A stretch of DNA of 59,561 nucleotides, filler included, from Stramenopiles sp. TOSAG23-6 (GCA_900128565.1; 11 parts of 11 records of this genome joined end to end with filler, not necessarily neighbours in it); one strand, 5' to 3'; shown: positions 1 to 12,293, counted from the first letter of the whole stretch. Notes: generated from the sequence alone by a model not told the origin. Numbers and translations are program-made.

Positions 1-64
1 TAGGTACAAAATTTCGTACGAAAAAAAAAATTTAGACAAAAAATTGAAAAAAAATAAAACATAC

Positions 65-749
65 ATAGTGTCGATGGACTGGAACTGGGGGGTAATTCCC
101 CTAATAGCAAAGTGGTAGAACAAGAAATAGAATGAGACGTATGATTATTTTGAAGACTTTGTGATGTGTGATTATTTTGAAGACTTTGTCTTTGTTTCTT
201 TTGCTTCTTTTGAATGTATTGCGTTTGTTGATTTTGTTGATTTTGTTGATTTTGTTTAGTAGGGATTGGACTTTTGTTTTGAAAAGAAGAACGTGCGAGT
301 ACAGTACGTTGCTGATCGGAAAAAGAAGTGGGCTTATAATTGGTTGACTCGTTATGTAGAGAATACCCCTTGTGTATGTTATATTGACGCTGGTTCGTTA
401 CTCTATTCATATTTGAGGGGTCGTTTTCCTGAGAATATTGTCTCGGTGACGTTTGCATGGCATACACATGGTTCCCTCCGAGATGTTTCTGAGAAGATTT
501 TGCAGAAAAACCATACCCGTTTGTAGATCTTTCAGATTCAATAGATCCATTATTGGCATGTAATTTCGGTCGATAACTCCAAGATCGTTGCGTTGATGAG
601 TTGGACTTTCCAACGCTTCGTTGTAGAGGAGACAAATTTTGGAAATGACGCTGATCTGTTTCATATTTTATATTACCTTGCTCCTGTTGAAGAGGACGAG
701 AAAAAGTTGTTGGTTGAACTACTCCTTTCTCTGCATCATGTGTTGACAT
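65..749 (-). CDS. Low-complexity Q/N/S-rich hypothetical protein, first exon (3' partial)
   Basis: ORF MSTHDAEK...; ends at AT|GTATGTTTT donor at 64 followed by the intron-family core at the contig edge. Confidence 0.6.
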
Positions 750-1124
750 GATATTCTATCGTTTGGATAGAAAATGTAATGTTCTTTTTCAACAACACAA
801 TACTTTACTATAGACAACGTCAATAAAATATACTCAAAATAGTAAAAAGGCGCGATGTTTACGAAACTTGGTTCAAAAAAAATTGCGCAAGTTTTTTTTT
901 TGAGTTATTTTTGAGTTATTTTGAAAATAATTCAACAAAATTTTGGAACAAACCTGAGACGCCAATTTTTAGCTCTCCTAGGGTTAGGTTAGGTGCCTAG
1001 GGTTAGGGTTCCTGGTGTTTTGGTCAGCCCTTCATTTTTTTTTCGCGAAAAAAATTCAACTCTGTGTTTCTGCTCTGCGCACGAATTTTCCTTCAACGTA
1101 GACCTTTTTTCTATCACTCAAGGA

Positions 1125-1411
1125 GTACGTAATTCTCTTAATTACTTTATTATTATATACATCATCGATTAACTTATCTTGTTGACGATCATTTCATTGA
1201 TTCTTAAGAAGAGTATGATTGTCTTTCCTTGTTTTTTTGCAATTTGTTTTTCTTCATGAACCAAGTCATGACTTTCTTCCTCCGTTTTGTTGTCGTGTCT
1301 GTTTTTCGGTTTGAACCTGGCATTCTTTCCTTTGATATAGTGTTTTTTTACTCTAGCATTTCACAGTGTATGTCTAACCCTTTCCAAATTTCTTATATTC
1401 TGAAAAAGCAG
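1125..1411 (+). other. Possible canonical GT-AG intron in the Sec61 gamma 5' UTR
   Basis: GTACGT at 1125, TGTCTAAC branch-like motif near 1371-1378, CAG ending 1411, 10 nt before the ATG. Confidence 0.45.
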
Positions 1412-1421
1412 TACTCTTACA

Positions 1422-1628
1422 ATGGACGTTAACGAACTTGTATTCAAACCTCTCTTCCAATTCGGTTTAGATTCGTACCGCCTGGTTCAAAAATGCACCA
1501 AGCCAGACCGCACTGAATTTACCCGTGTATTTTTCGCTACTAGCTGTGGGTTCTTTATTATGGGATTTATTGGTTTCTTTGTCAAACTTGTTCATATTCC
1601 TATAAATAATATTATCGTAGGGCGTTAA
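1422..1628 (+). CDS. SEC61G: Protein translocon subunit Sec61 gamma
   Basis: 68 aa with [17 protein letters not shown]...[25 protein letters not shown] signature. Confidence 0.97.
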   Translation: MDVNELVFKPLFQFGLDSYRLVQKCTKPDRTEFTRVFFATSCGFFIMGFIGFFVKLVHIPINNIIVGR

Positions 1629-2036
1629 AACACATGTGAAAAAAAAAAAAAAAAAAACAGGATTTTTCGTACGAAATTTCGTACCTAACGAAAAAAAAAA
1701 TCGACGTCTAGTCTATCCTTTTTTTTTTGTGATTATTTGATAAATAAACAACACTCTAGAGAATGTAGAGACATTATTTTATACTATGTATATATATACA
1801 TGATACACAAGGAAAATAGCAACATGAAAAGAATGTATATCAACATGAAAAAAATATATATTTTATTACACTTCATTTAAAAGTACAACAAGGATAATCA
1901 ACCCTAACCCTAGTACAAAGACATTCATTGTAGGGCTAGTGGCCTCTTTTTGAGTACTCATTTTGTGTAATGAGTTCATTGTGTTACTTTATATGTTTTA
2001 GATATAATAGATTTTTTCTATGTTACATTCTCCAAA

Positions 2037-3785
2037 TTATACATTTTTGGACGTTTCTTCCATTTCAATGTCAAAGTCGTCAGGTACATTTCTCAAAATC
2101 CAGCGGTCAATTTCATCTTCCATGTCGTCTTTGTCGTGTATCGAAATATCTCCAACTTGAGCCGCTCTTTGTGCTTTCAACTTCTTCGCTTCCTCTTCAA
2201 AACCCCGGACAGAACGCATATGACTTGTTTCGTTTACTTCAGTCAAGAATTCCTTTATTTTGTGTGCTGTTGGTGTGGTCGGTCGTAGTGGACTTTGTTC
2301 CAATGAACTTTCCAGCGCTGCATTACTATTCTTGAGAACAGTTTTATCAGAAAATGTAGATGCAATTGCACGATCAATACCTAAAACATGACCACCTAAT
2401 ATATTTCCGACGGCATCACCACGTTCAATAGGTAAATACAACTGCGAATCAATTGGGTTGGAGTGGGTATCAAAGTCAAGAAATTCGGAAATTACAGTAT
2501 CCGATATATCACTAAAACTATCATACTTTTTCATAGGATTAGATACACTAGATAATATAGCTCGGGAGACAGAAAACTCCATTTGAAGACATTCTGCAAT
2601 GGAATATTCTACTTTTTTACAACCCCCTATACGTTGCATTGCGTGAGTTAGTTTTAGAGCTAGAGGGGAACGCTCATGGAGTAACACTTGAAGAGTTTGA
2701 CTCGCCCAGTCAGCTAACGAATCGCCTGCAGAACCTGAAGCAAGTTGTTCCAATTGTTCGATAATTTCCTCAATACTGTCTTGATTGAAACAAGTATCAA
2801 TTAATTCTAAATGATTTGACAACCAAGTCTCTGGTATAACTGCAGTATCACCTGTAATAGTGTCTCCATGCGTACCGTATGAAATTGCAGTATCAAAACT
2901 GGCTTCAACTAGGCAATCTGCTAGTGTTGAGTTCATACGACTTGATATATTATCAATATCGTCTCTAAGAAATCCTATAGAACCACTTAATACGGGTGTG
3001 TAATGCGTGGCAATACCAGTATGAAGAGCATCCGCTCCAGTTACCCGGGCCCCTGTTAACGATAACCATAGACCTATACCAGACATTCGATCTTCATTAC
3101 CACGAAACTGAAGTCGAGGAAGATTATATGATGCACCCATATCTGGTATCCATCCTATTTCTGTCTCTGGTAATTGAAATATTGTCTTATCAGTAGCAAT
3201 GCGAACACGATTTAATAAGGAAAGTGAAGCGGCAGACCCGGATGTTAAGCCATCAAGAAGTGTAATCACTGGTGTCCCGGATGTCGCTAAACGATAGCTA
3301 AGATAATTCTCCTGTCTTAATATGTCAATAGCTTTATCCAATGAACCATTTTGTACCATTTGTACGAGTGCAGGATGATCACGGCCTCTACAAAACACAT
3401 CAGAACGTTGGTCATTGCTTCCTTGATAACCACCAAGGAAAATAGCCAAAATTTGAGAATTTGGTTCCCAAAGTTCATGAAGGCGTGTTAGTTGCTGAAC
3501 GGTAGAAAGATCAAGAACATTATCTCCATTGTTCGTATTTACTTCTGCCATTCTCCATGTAGCATTCCCTTCGGAAATTAGAACCTTCTCGTCTGATCGG
3601 AAAGGTTGTCGGACAACTTCTTCATCGCGAGATGAGAGAAGACCACGAGACAGAGGATGTTTTTCTTCATCTTTGTTTGTGTCTATATTACTCGTACTGA
3701 AACTACACGATGATAAAGCTGTCGAGTGACGTAAGTGTGATGCGGATGTGCGCGTAAATGTTCGAACTAATTGTGTGGAAGACAT
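2037..3785 (-). CDS. 3-hydroxyisobutyryl-CoA hydrolase-like (ECH_2 crotonase family), mitochondrial; possibly mitoribosomal mS47-like
   Basis: FQLPETEIGWIPDMGASY, LSLTGARVTGADALHTGIATHY, RSPLALKLT, CLQMEF motifs; R/S/T-rich N-terminus; first ATG at 3785. Confidence 0.85.
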   Translation of the reverse strand: MSSTQLVRTFTRTSASHLRHSTALSSCSFSTSNIDTNKDEEKHPLSRGLLSSRDEEVVRQPFRSDEKVLISEGNATWRMAEVNTNNGDNVLDLSTVQQLTRLHELWEPNSQILAIFLGGYQGSNDQRSDVFCRGRDHPALVQMVQNGSLDKAIDILRQENYLSYRLATSGTPVITLLDGLTSGSAASLSLLNRVRIATDKTIFQLPETEIGWIPDMGASYNLPRLQFRGNEDRMSGIGLWLSLTGARVTGADALHTGIATHYTPVLSGSIGFLRDDIDNISSRMNSTLADCLVEASFDTAISYGTHGDTITGDTAVIPETWLSNHLELIDTCFNQDSIEEIIEQLEQLASGSAGDSLADWASQTLQVLLHERSPLALKLTHAMQRIGGCKKVEYSIAECLQMEFSVSRAILSSVSNPMKKYDSFSDISDTVISEFLDFDTHSNPIDSQLYLPIERGDAVGNILGGHVLGIDRAIASTFSDKTVLKNSNAALESSLEQSPLRPTTPTAHKIKEFLTEVNETSHMRSVRGFEEEAKKLKAQRAAQVGDISIHDKDDMEDEIDRWILRNVPDDFDIEMEETSKNV

Positions 3786-4122
3786 AATCACACCAACTTG
3801 TTGAATACACTACAAAAGTAATCTGGATATTTTAGTTTTGTTGTGTGTGTTTGCGACTGACTTTTGATTAATTCTAATGCGCCACGTGCTCGAAGTTAAA
3901 ATTTTTGACTCGTGTGTTACCCGGTTCCAAAAATAAAGCTGCTTTGATCCATTGAATTCAGATCGTAAACCGTAAAATAAAATTGACAAAAAAATGTCAT
4001 AAAAATTAAATACTACTACGTCAAAGACCGAAAAGACTATTTCCCTGTAAGGGGTAAAGACATACACAATACATACAGTAACATTATTTAAATTCACTTC
4101 ATTTTGAGCAATATTTTTAGCC

Positions 4123-4650
4123 ATGAATGGTCAAATCATGTTTTTCTATCTCTTCATTTTGGGATGGATCAGTTCTAGTGCAATACACGTTGAAAAGAAT
4201 TATATTTGTTTGAATCACAATGAAAATCCTGATAATACTTGCTCTGTTCACAAAGACAGAATTTCTTGTACGTCTTCGTATGATACAACACATAAGAAGT
4301 GTTTATATGTGTATAGAAAAGCCGCACAATTAAATGAAACATGTTGTCCAAATAAGAAAGAAGATAATGGGAAATGCGCCGAAAAAATAGGTGGTCTACA
4401 GTGTGATGCAAATTTGTACTGCTACGTTTCCACTTTTCGTGGTGACGTTGGCACCTGCGTCTTACGAAGCAGTGTTGCTTTTATTGGCCAGACATGTTGC
4501 AAAACAAAAACAGAAGTATGTACAGCACCACACTGTGCGTCAGGATTGACTTGTTATTCTAGCCCATCTTTTTTTGGTACGTGTGGTCGATCGTTTCCAT
4601 CTCTTCGAAGTCGAAATGGAGAAAACAGTACACTATTTTCCTGGTTTTGA
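4123..4650 (+). CDS. Small secreted cysteine-rich protein
   Basis: Hydrophobic N-terminus; repeated TCC..C..C..L.CY..GTC module. Confidence 0.7.
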   Translation: MNGQIMFFYLFILGWISSSAIHVEKNYICLNHNENPDNTCSVHKDRISCTSSYDTTHKKCLYVYRKAAQLNETCCPNKKEDNGKCAEKIGGLQCDANLYCYVSTFRGDVGTCVLRSSVAFIGQTCCKTKTEVCTAPHCASGLTCYSSPSFFGTCGRSFPSLRSRNGENSTLFSWF

Positions 4651-5214
4651 ATTTAAAAAAAAAATAATACTAGAGAACTGTGTGTAACAAGATCGTTACA
4701 ATCCCAATATACATTGGATAACTTGGAAGCTTGTGCATTTGTATACAAAATGATAAAATAATACATTTGCAACTTACATTTCATTCAAATTTCATATTTA
4801 TTCTTTTATCCTTAGGGTTAGGGTAAAAAGACACATCAGAGGGAAGAAAGATTATTTCTCTCTGGTGTTTTTTTTCCCTTTACATTATCTATGTGGTTCA
4901 TTTTGGAACTGTAGCTAGATTGCCTACAATGCAACATAAAGAAAAAACAACAAAAACAAATTTAAATTTAAATTTAAATTTTTTTATAAAACAATTAGAA
5001 AAAACAAAAACAAATTCATTTATTTTTGTATTTTTGTATGTAACAATTAGAAAAAACAGAAATAATAAAAACAAAATTAAATTTTTTTTTAATTCACAAA
5101 TCAACATGTTAACATAATGTTTAAGTGGTCAAGTTTTACACTTCACAAACAAAAAAAGAACAAAAAAAATACAATTTTTACATTTTGTCATTTTTTTTTG
5201 GACATTACAAATTT

Positions 5215-5254
5215 TTATTGAGTTTCTAATATTTTTGTTACAATACCAGCCGCA
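5215..5254 (-). CDS. Terminal exon of an HBS1/eRF3/EF1A-family GTPase (AAGIVTKILETQ*)
   Basis: Follows family acceptor TTTACAATACAT|; resembles the HBS1-type C-terminus TIAAGxVT. Confidence 0.5.
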
Positions 5255-5336
5255 ATGTATTGTAAAAAAATATTTTTTTTTTGTAATTTTTTTGTTAGGT
5301 ACAAAATTTTTATAAAAAACCAAAAAAAAAAAAAAA

Positions 5337-5436
5337 NNNNNNNNNNNNNNNNNNNNNNNNNNNNNNNNNNNNNNNNNNNNTTAATTAATTAANNNNNNNN
5401 NNNNNNNNNNNNNNNNNNNNNNNNNNNNNNNNNNNN
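5337..5436. other. Artificial contig spacer (also 10773, 16209, 21641, 27066, 32489, 37906, 43323, 48739, 54153; each 100 bp)
   Basis: N44-TTAATTAATTAA-N44 with stops in all six frames. Confidence 0.98.
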
Positions 5437-5500
5437 TAGGTACAAAATTTCGTACGAAAAAAAAAATTTAGACAAAAAATTGAAAAAAAATAAAACATAC

Positions 5501-6185
5501 ATAGTGTCGATGGACTGGAACTGGGGGGTAATTCCCCTAATAGCAAAGTGGTAGAACAAGAAATAGAATGAGACGTATGATTATTTTGAAGACTTTGTGA
5601 TGTGTGATTATTTTGAAGACTTTGTCTTTGTTTCTTTTGCTTCTTTTGAATGTATTGCGTTTGTTGATTTTGTTGATTTTGTTGATTTTGTTTAGTAGGG
5701 ATTGGACTTTTGTTTTGAAAAGAAGAACGTGCGAGTACAGTACGTTGCTGATCGGAAAAAGAAGTGGGCTTATAATTGGTTGACTCGTTATGTAGAGAAT
5801 ACCCCTTGTGTATGTTATATTGACGCTGGTTCGTTACTCTATTCATATTTGAGGGGTCGTTTTCCTGAGAATATTGTCTCGGTGACGTTTGCATGGCATA
5901 CACATGGTTCCCTCCGAGATGTTTCTGAGAAGATTTTGCAGAAAAACCATACCCGTTTGTAGATCTTTCAGATTCAATAGATCCATTATTGGCATGTAAT
6001 TTCGGTCGATAACTCCAAGATCGTTGCGTTGATGAGTTGGACTTTCCAACGCTTCGTTGTAGAGGAGACAAATTTTGGAAATGACGCTGATCTGTTTCAT
6101 ATTTTATATTACCTTGCTCCTGTTGAAGAGGACGAGAAAAAGTTGTTGGTTGAACTACTCCTTTCTCTGCATCATGTGTTGACAT
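5501..6185 (-). CDS. Duplicate of 65-749 hypothetical protein exon
   Basis: Identical copy. Confidence 0.6.
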
Positions 6186-6857
6186 GATATTCTATCGTTT
6201 GGATAGAAAATGTAATGTTCTTTTTCAACAACACAATACTTTACTATAGACAACGTCAATAAAATATACTCAAAATAGTAAAAAGGCGCGATGTTTACGA
6301 AACTTGGTTCAAAAAAAATTGCGCAAGTTTTTTTTTTGAGTTATTTTTGAGTTATTTTGAAAATAATTCAACAAAATTTTGGAACAAACCTGAGACGCCA
6401 ATTTTTAGCTCTCCTAGGGTTAGGTTAGGTGCCTAGGGTTAGGGTTCCTGGTGTTTTGGTCAGCCCTTCATTTTTTTTTCGCGAAAAAAATTCAACTCTG
6501 TGTTTCTGCTCTGCGCACGAATTTTCCTTCAACGTAGACCTTTTTTCTATCACTCAAGGAGTACGTAATTCTCTTAATTACTTTATTATTATATACATCA
6601 TCGATTAACTTATCTTGTTGACGATCATTTCATTGATTCTTAAGAAGAGTATGATTGTCTTTCCTTGTTTTTTTGCAATTTGTTTTTCTTCATGAACCAA
6701 GTCATGACTTTCTTCCTCCGTTTTGTTGTCGTGTCTGTTTTTCGGTTTGAACCTGGCATTCTTTCCTTTGATATAGTGTTTTTTTACTCTAGCATTTCAC
6801 AGTGTATGTCTAACCCTTTCCAAATTTCTTATATTCTGAAAAAGCAGTACTCTTACA

Positions 6858-7064
6858 ATGGACGTTAACGAACTTGTATTCAAACCTCTCTTCCAATTCG
6901 GTTTAGATTCGTACCGCCTGGTTCAAAAATGCACCAAGCCAGACCGCACTGAATTTACCCGTGTATTTTTCGCTACTAGCTGTGGGTTCTTTATTATGGG
7001 ATTTATTGGTTTCTTTGTCAAACTTGTTCATATTCCTATAAATAATATTATCGTAGGGCGTTAA
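6858..7064 (+). CDS. SEC61G: Sec61 gamma (duplicate contig)
   Basis: Identical copy. Confidence 0.95.
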   Translation: MDVNELVFKPLFQFGLDSYRLVQKCTKPDRTEFTRVFFATSCGFFIMGFIGFFVKLVHIPINNIIVGR

Positions 7065-7472
7065 AACACATGTGAAAAAAAAAAAAAAAAAAACAGGATT
7101 TTTCGTACGAAATTTCGTACCTAACGAAAAAAAAAATCGACGTCTAGTCTATCCTTTTTTTTTTGTGATTATTTGATAAATAAACAACACTCTAGAGAAT
7201 GTAGAGACATTATTTTATACTATGTATATATATACATGATACACAAGGAAAATAGCAACATGAAAAGAATGTATATCAACATGAAAAAAATATATATTTT
7301 ATTACACTTCATTTAAAAGTACAACAAGGATAATCAACCCTAACCCTAGTACAAAGACATTCATTGTAGGGCTAGTGGCCTCTTTTTGAGTACTCATTTT
7401 GTGTAATGAGTTCATTGTGTTACTTTATATGTTTTAGATATAATAGATTTTTTCTATGTTACATTCTCCAAA

Positions 7473-9221
7473 TTATACATTTTTGGACGTTTCTTCCATT
7501 TCAATGTCAAAGTCGTCAGGTACATTTCTCAAAATCCAGCGGTCAATTTCATCTTCCATGTCGTCTTTGTCGTGTATCGAAATATCTCCAACTTGAGCCG
7601 CTCTTTGTGCTTTCAACTTCTTCGCTTCCTCTTCAAAACCCCGGACAGAACGCATATGACTTGTTTCGTTTACTTCAGTCAAGAATTCCTTTATTTTGTG
7701 TGCTGTTGGTGTGGTCGGTCGTAGTGGACTTTGTTCCAATGAACTTTCCAGCGCTGCATTACTATTCTTGAGAACAGTTTTATCAGAAAATGTAGATGCA
7801 ATTGCACGATCAATACCTAAAACATGACCACCTAATATATTTCCGACGGCATCACCACGTTCAATAGGTAAATACAACTGCGAATCAATTGGGTTGGAGT
7901 GGGTATCAAAGTCAAGAAATTCGGAAATTACAGTATCCGATATATCACTAAAACTATCATACTTTTTCATAGGATTAGATACACTAGATAATATAGCTCG
8001 GGAGACAGAAAACTCCATTTGAAGACATTCTGCAATGGAATATTCTACTTTTTTACAACCCCCTATACGTTGCATTGCGTGAGTTAGTTTTAGAGCTAGA
8101 GGGGAACGCTCATGGAGTAACACTTGAAGAGTTTGACTCGCCCAGTCAGCTAACGAATCGCCTGCAGAACCTGAAGCAAGTTGTTCCAATTGTTCGATAA
8201 TTTCCTCAATACTGTCTTGATTGAAACAAGTATCAATTAATTCTAAATGATTTGACAACCAAGTCTCTGGTATAACTGCAGTATCACCTGTAATAGTGTC
8301 TCCATGCGTACCGTATGAAATTGCAGTATCAAAACTGGCTTCAACTAGGCAATCTGCTAGTGTTGAGTTCATACGACTTGATATATTATCAATATCGTCT
8401 CTAAGAAATCCTATAGAACCACTTAATACGGGTGTGTAATGCGTGGCAATACCAGTATGAAGAGCATCCGCTCCAGTTACCCGGGCCCCTGTTAACGATA
8501 ACCATAGACCTATACCAGACATTCGATCTTCATTACCACGAAACTGAAGTCGAGGAAGATTATATGATGCACCCATATCTGGTATCCATCCTATTTCTGT
8601 CTCTGGTAATTGAAATATTGTCTTATCAGTAGCAATGCGAACACGATTTAATAAGGAAAGTGAAGCGGCAGACCCGGATGTTAAGCCATCAAGAAGTGTA
8701 ATCACTGGTGTCCCGGATGTCGCTAAACGATAGCTAAGATAATTCTCCTGTCTTAATATGTCAATAGCTTTATCCAATGAACCATTTTGTACCATTTGTA
8801 CGAGTGCAGGATGATCACGGCCTCTACAAAACACATCAGAACGTTGGTCATTGCTTCCTTGATAACCACCAAGGAAAATAGCCAAAATTTGAGAATTTGG
8901 TTCCCAAAGTTCATGAAGGCGTGTTAGTTGCTGAACGGTAGAAAGATCAAGAACATTATCTCCATTGTTCGTATTTACTTCTGCCATTCTCCATGTAGCA
9001 TTCCCTTCGGAAATTAGAACCTTCTCGTCTGATCGGAAAGGTTGTCGGACAACTTCTTCATCGCGAGATGAGAGAAGACCACGAGACAGAGGATGTTTTT
9101 CTTCATCTTTGTTTGTGTCTATATTACTCGTACTGAAACTACACGATGATAAAGCTGTCGAGTGACGTAAGTGTGATGCGGATGTGCGCGTAAATGTTCG
9201 AACTAATTGTGTGGAAGACAT
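7473..9221 (-). CDS. HIBCH-like protein (duplicate contig)
   Basis: Identical copy. Confidence 0.85.
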   Translation of the reverse strand: MSSTQLVRTFTRTSASHLRHSTALSSCSFSTSNIDTNKDEEKHPLSRGLLSSRDEEVVRQPFRSDEKVLISEGNATWRMAEVNTNNGDNVLDLSTVQQLTRLHELWEPNSQILAIFLGGYQGSNDQRSDVFCRGRDHPALVQMVQNGSLDKAIDILRQENYLSYRLATSGTPVITLLDGLTSGSAASLSLLNRVRIATDKTIFQLPETEIGWIPDMGASYNLPRLQFRGNEDRMSGIGLWLSLTGARVTGADALHTGIATHYTPVLSGSIGFLRDDIDNISSRMNSTLADCLVEASFDTAISYGTHGDTITGDTAVIPETWLSNHLELIDTCFNQDSIEEIIEQLEQLASGSAGDSLADWASQTLQVLLHERSPLALKLTHAMQRIGGCKKVEYSIAECLQMEFSVSRAILSSVSNPMKKYDSFSDISDTVISEFLDFDTHSNPIDSQLYLPIERGDAVGNILGGHVLGIDRAIASTFSDKTVLKNSNAALESSLEQSPLRPTTPTAHKIKEFLTEVNETSHMRSVRGFEEEAKKLKAQRAAQVGDISIHDKDDMEDEIDRWILRNVPDDFDIEMEETSKNV

Positions 9222-9558
9222 AATCACACCAACTTGTTGAATACACTACAAAAGTAATCTGGATATTTTAGTTTTGTTGTGTGTGTTTGCGACTGACTTT
9301 TGATTAATTCTAATGCGCCACGTGCTCGAAGTTAAAATTTTTGACTCGTGTGTTACCCGGTTCCAAAAATAAAGCTGCTTTGATCCATTGAATTCAGATC
9401 GTAAACCGTAAAATAAAATTGACAAAAAAATGTCATAAAAATTAAATACTACTACGTCAAAGACCGAAAAGACTATTTCCCTGTAAGGGGTAAAGACATA
9501 CACAATACATACAGTAACATTATTTAAATTCACTTCATTTTGAGCAATATTTTTAGCC

Positions 9559-10086
9559 ATGAATGGTCAAATCATGTTTTTCTATCTCTTCATTTTGGGA
9601 TGGATCAGTTCTAGTGCAATACACGTTGAAAAGAATTATATTTGTTTGAATCACAATGAAAATCCTGATAATACTTGCTCTGTTCACAAAGACAGAATTT
9701 CTTGTACGTCTTCGTATGATACAACACATAAGAAGTGTTTATATGTGTATAGAAAAGCCGCACAATTAAATGAAACATGTTGTCCAAATAAGAAAGAAGA
9801 TAATGGGAAATGCGCCGAAAAAATAGGTGGTCTACAGTGTGATGCAAATTTGTACTGCTACGTTTCCACTTTTCGTGGTGACGTTGGCACCTGCGTCTTA
9901 CGAAGCAGTGTTGCTTTTATTGGCCAGACATGTTGCAAAACAAAAACAGAAGTATGTACAGCACCACACTGTGCGTCAGGATTGACTTGTTATTCTAGCC
10001 CATCTTTTTTTGGTACGTGTGGTCGATCGTTTCCATCTCTTCGAAGTCGAAATGGAGAAAACAGTACACTATTTTCCTGGTTTTGA
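9559..10086 (+). CDS. Secreted cysteine-rich protein (duplicate contig)
   Basis: Identical copy. Confidence 0.7.
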   Translation: MNGQIMFFYLFILGWISSSAIHVEKNYICLNHNENPDNTCSVHKDRISCTSSYDTTHKKCLYVYRKAAQLNETCCPNKKEDNGKCAEKIGGLQCDANLYCYVSTFRGDVGTCVLRSSVAFIGQTCCKTKTEVCTAPHCASGLTCYSSPSFFGTCGRSFPSLRSRNGENSTLFSWF

Positions 10087-10936
10087 ATTTAAAAAAAAAA
10101 TAATACTAGAGAACTGTGTGTAACAAGATCGTTACAATCCCAATATACATTGGATAACTTGGAAGCTTGTGCATTTGTATACAAAATGATAAAATAATAC
10201 ATTTGCAACTTACATTTCATTCAAATTTCATATTTATTCTTTTATCCTTAGGGTTAGGGTAAAAAGACACATCAGAGGGAAGAAAGATTATTTCTCTCTG
10301 GTGTTTTTTTTCCCTTTACATTATCTATGTGGTTCATTTTGGAACTGTAGCTAGATTGCCTACAATGCAACATAAAGAAAAAACAACAAAAACAAATTTA
10401 AATTTAAATTTAAATTTTTTTATAAAACAATTAGAAAAAACAAAAACAAATTCATTTATTTTTGTATTTTTGTATGTAACAATTAGAAAAAACAGAAATA
10501 ATAAAAACAAAATTAAATTTTTTTTTAATTCACAAATCAACATGTTAACATAATGTTTAAGTGGTCAAGTTTTACACTTCACAAACAAAAAAAGAACAAA
10601 AAAAATACAATTTTTACATTTTGTCATTTTTTTTTGGACATTACAAATTTTTATTGAGTTTCTAATATTTTTGTTACAATACCAGCCGCAATGTATTGTA
10701 AAAAAATATTTTTTTTTTGTAATTTTTTTGTTAGGTACAAAATTTTTATAAAAAACCAAAAAAAAAAAAAAANNNNNNNNNNNNNNNNNNNNNNNNNNNN
10801 NNNNNNNNNNNNNNNNTTAATTAATTAANNNNNNNNNNNNNNNNNNNNNNNNNNNNNNNNNNNNNNNNNNNNTAGGTACAAAATTTCGTACGAAAAAAAA
10901 AATTTAGACAAAAAATTGAAAAAAAATAAAACATAC

Positions 10937-11621
10937 ATAGTGTCGATGGACTGGAACTGGGGGGTAATTCCCCTAATAGCAAAGTGGTAGAACAAGAAAT
11001 AGAATGAGACGTATGATTATTTTGAAGACTTTGTGATGTGTGATTATTTTGAAGACTTTGTCTTTGTTTCTTTTGCTTCTTTTGAATGTATTGCGTTTGT
11101 TGATTTTGTTGATTTTGTTGATTTTGTTTAGTAGGGATTGGACTTTTGTTTTGAAAAGAAGAACGTGCGAGTACAGTACGTTGCTGATCGGAAAAAGAAG
11201 TGGGCTTATAATTGGTTGACTCGTTATGTAGAGAATACCCCTTGTGTATGTTATATTGACGCTGGTTCGTTACTCTATTCATATTTGAGGGGTCGTTTTC
11301 CTGAGAATATTGTCTCGGTGACGTTTGCATGGCATACACATGGTTCCCTCCGAGATGTTTCTGAGAAGATTTTGCAGAAAAACCATACCCGTTTGTAGAT
11401 CTTTCAGATTCAATAGATCCATTATTGGCATGTAATTTCGGTCGATAACTCCAAGATCGTTGCGTTGATGAGTTGGACTTTCCAACGCTTCGTTGTAGAG
11501 GAGACAAATTTTGGAAATGACGCTGATCTGTTTCATATTTTATATTACCTTGCTCCTGTTGAAGAGGACGAGAAAAAGTTGTTGGTTGAACTACTCCTTT
11601 CTCTGCATCATGTGTTGACAT
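10937..11621 (-). CDS. Third copy of 65-749 hypothetical protein exon
   Basis: Identical copy. Confidence 0.6.
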
Positions 11622-12293
11622 GATATTCTATCGTTTGGATAGAAAATGTAATGTTCTTTTTCAACAACACAATACTTTACTATAGACAACGTCAATAAAA
11701 TATACTCAAAATAGTAAAAAGGCGCGATGTTTACGAAACTTGGTTCAAAAAAAATTGCGCAAGTTTTTTTTTTGAGTTATTTTTGAGTTATTTTGAAAAT
11801 AATTCAACAAAATTTTGGAACAAACCTGAGACGCCAATTTTTAGCTCTCCTAGGGTTAGGTTAGGTGCCTAGGGTTAGGGTTCCTGGTGTTTTGGTCAGC
11901 CCTTCATTTTTTTTTCGCGAAAAAAATTCAACTCTGTGTTTCTGCTCTGCGCACGAATTTTCCTTCAACGTAGACCTTTTTTCTATCACTCAAGGAGTAC
12001 GTAATTCTCTTAATTACTTTATTATTATATACATCATCGATTAACTTATCTTGTTGACGATCATTTCATTGATTCTTAAGAAGAGTATGATTGTCTTTCC
12101 TTGTTTTTTTGCAATTTGTTTTTCTTCATGAACCAAGTCATGACTTTCTTCCTCCGTTTTGTTGTCGTGTCTGTTTTTCGGTTTGAACCTGGCATTCTTT
12201 CCTTTGATATAGTGTTTTTTTACTCTAGCATTTCACAGTGTATGTCTAACCCTTTCCAAATTTCTTATATTCTGAAAAAGCAGTACTCTTACA

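Noticed and set aside
4893-5323. Short F/K/N-rich ORFs and recurring FFRTKFCT / FVPN peptides
   Set aside because: Translations of AT-rich intergenic DNA or the intron core, not proteins
5381-5392. TTAATTAATTAA as a genomic motif
   Set aside because: Synthetic six-frame stop linker
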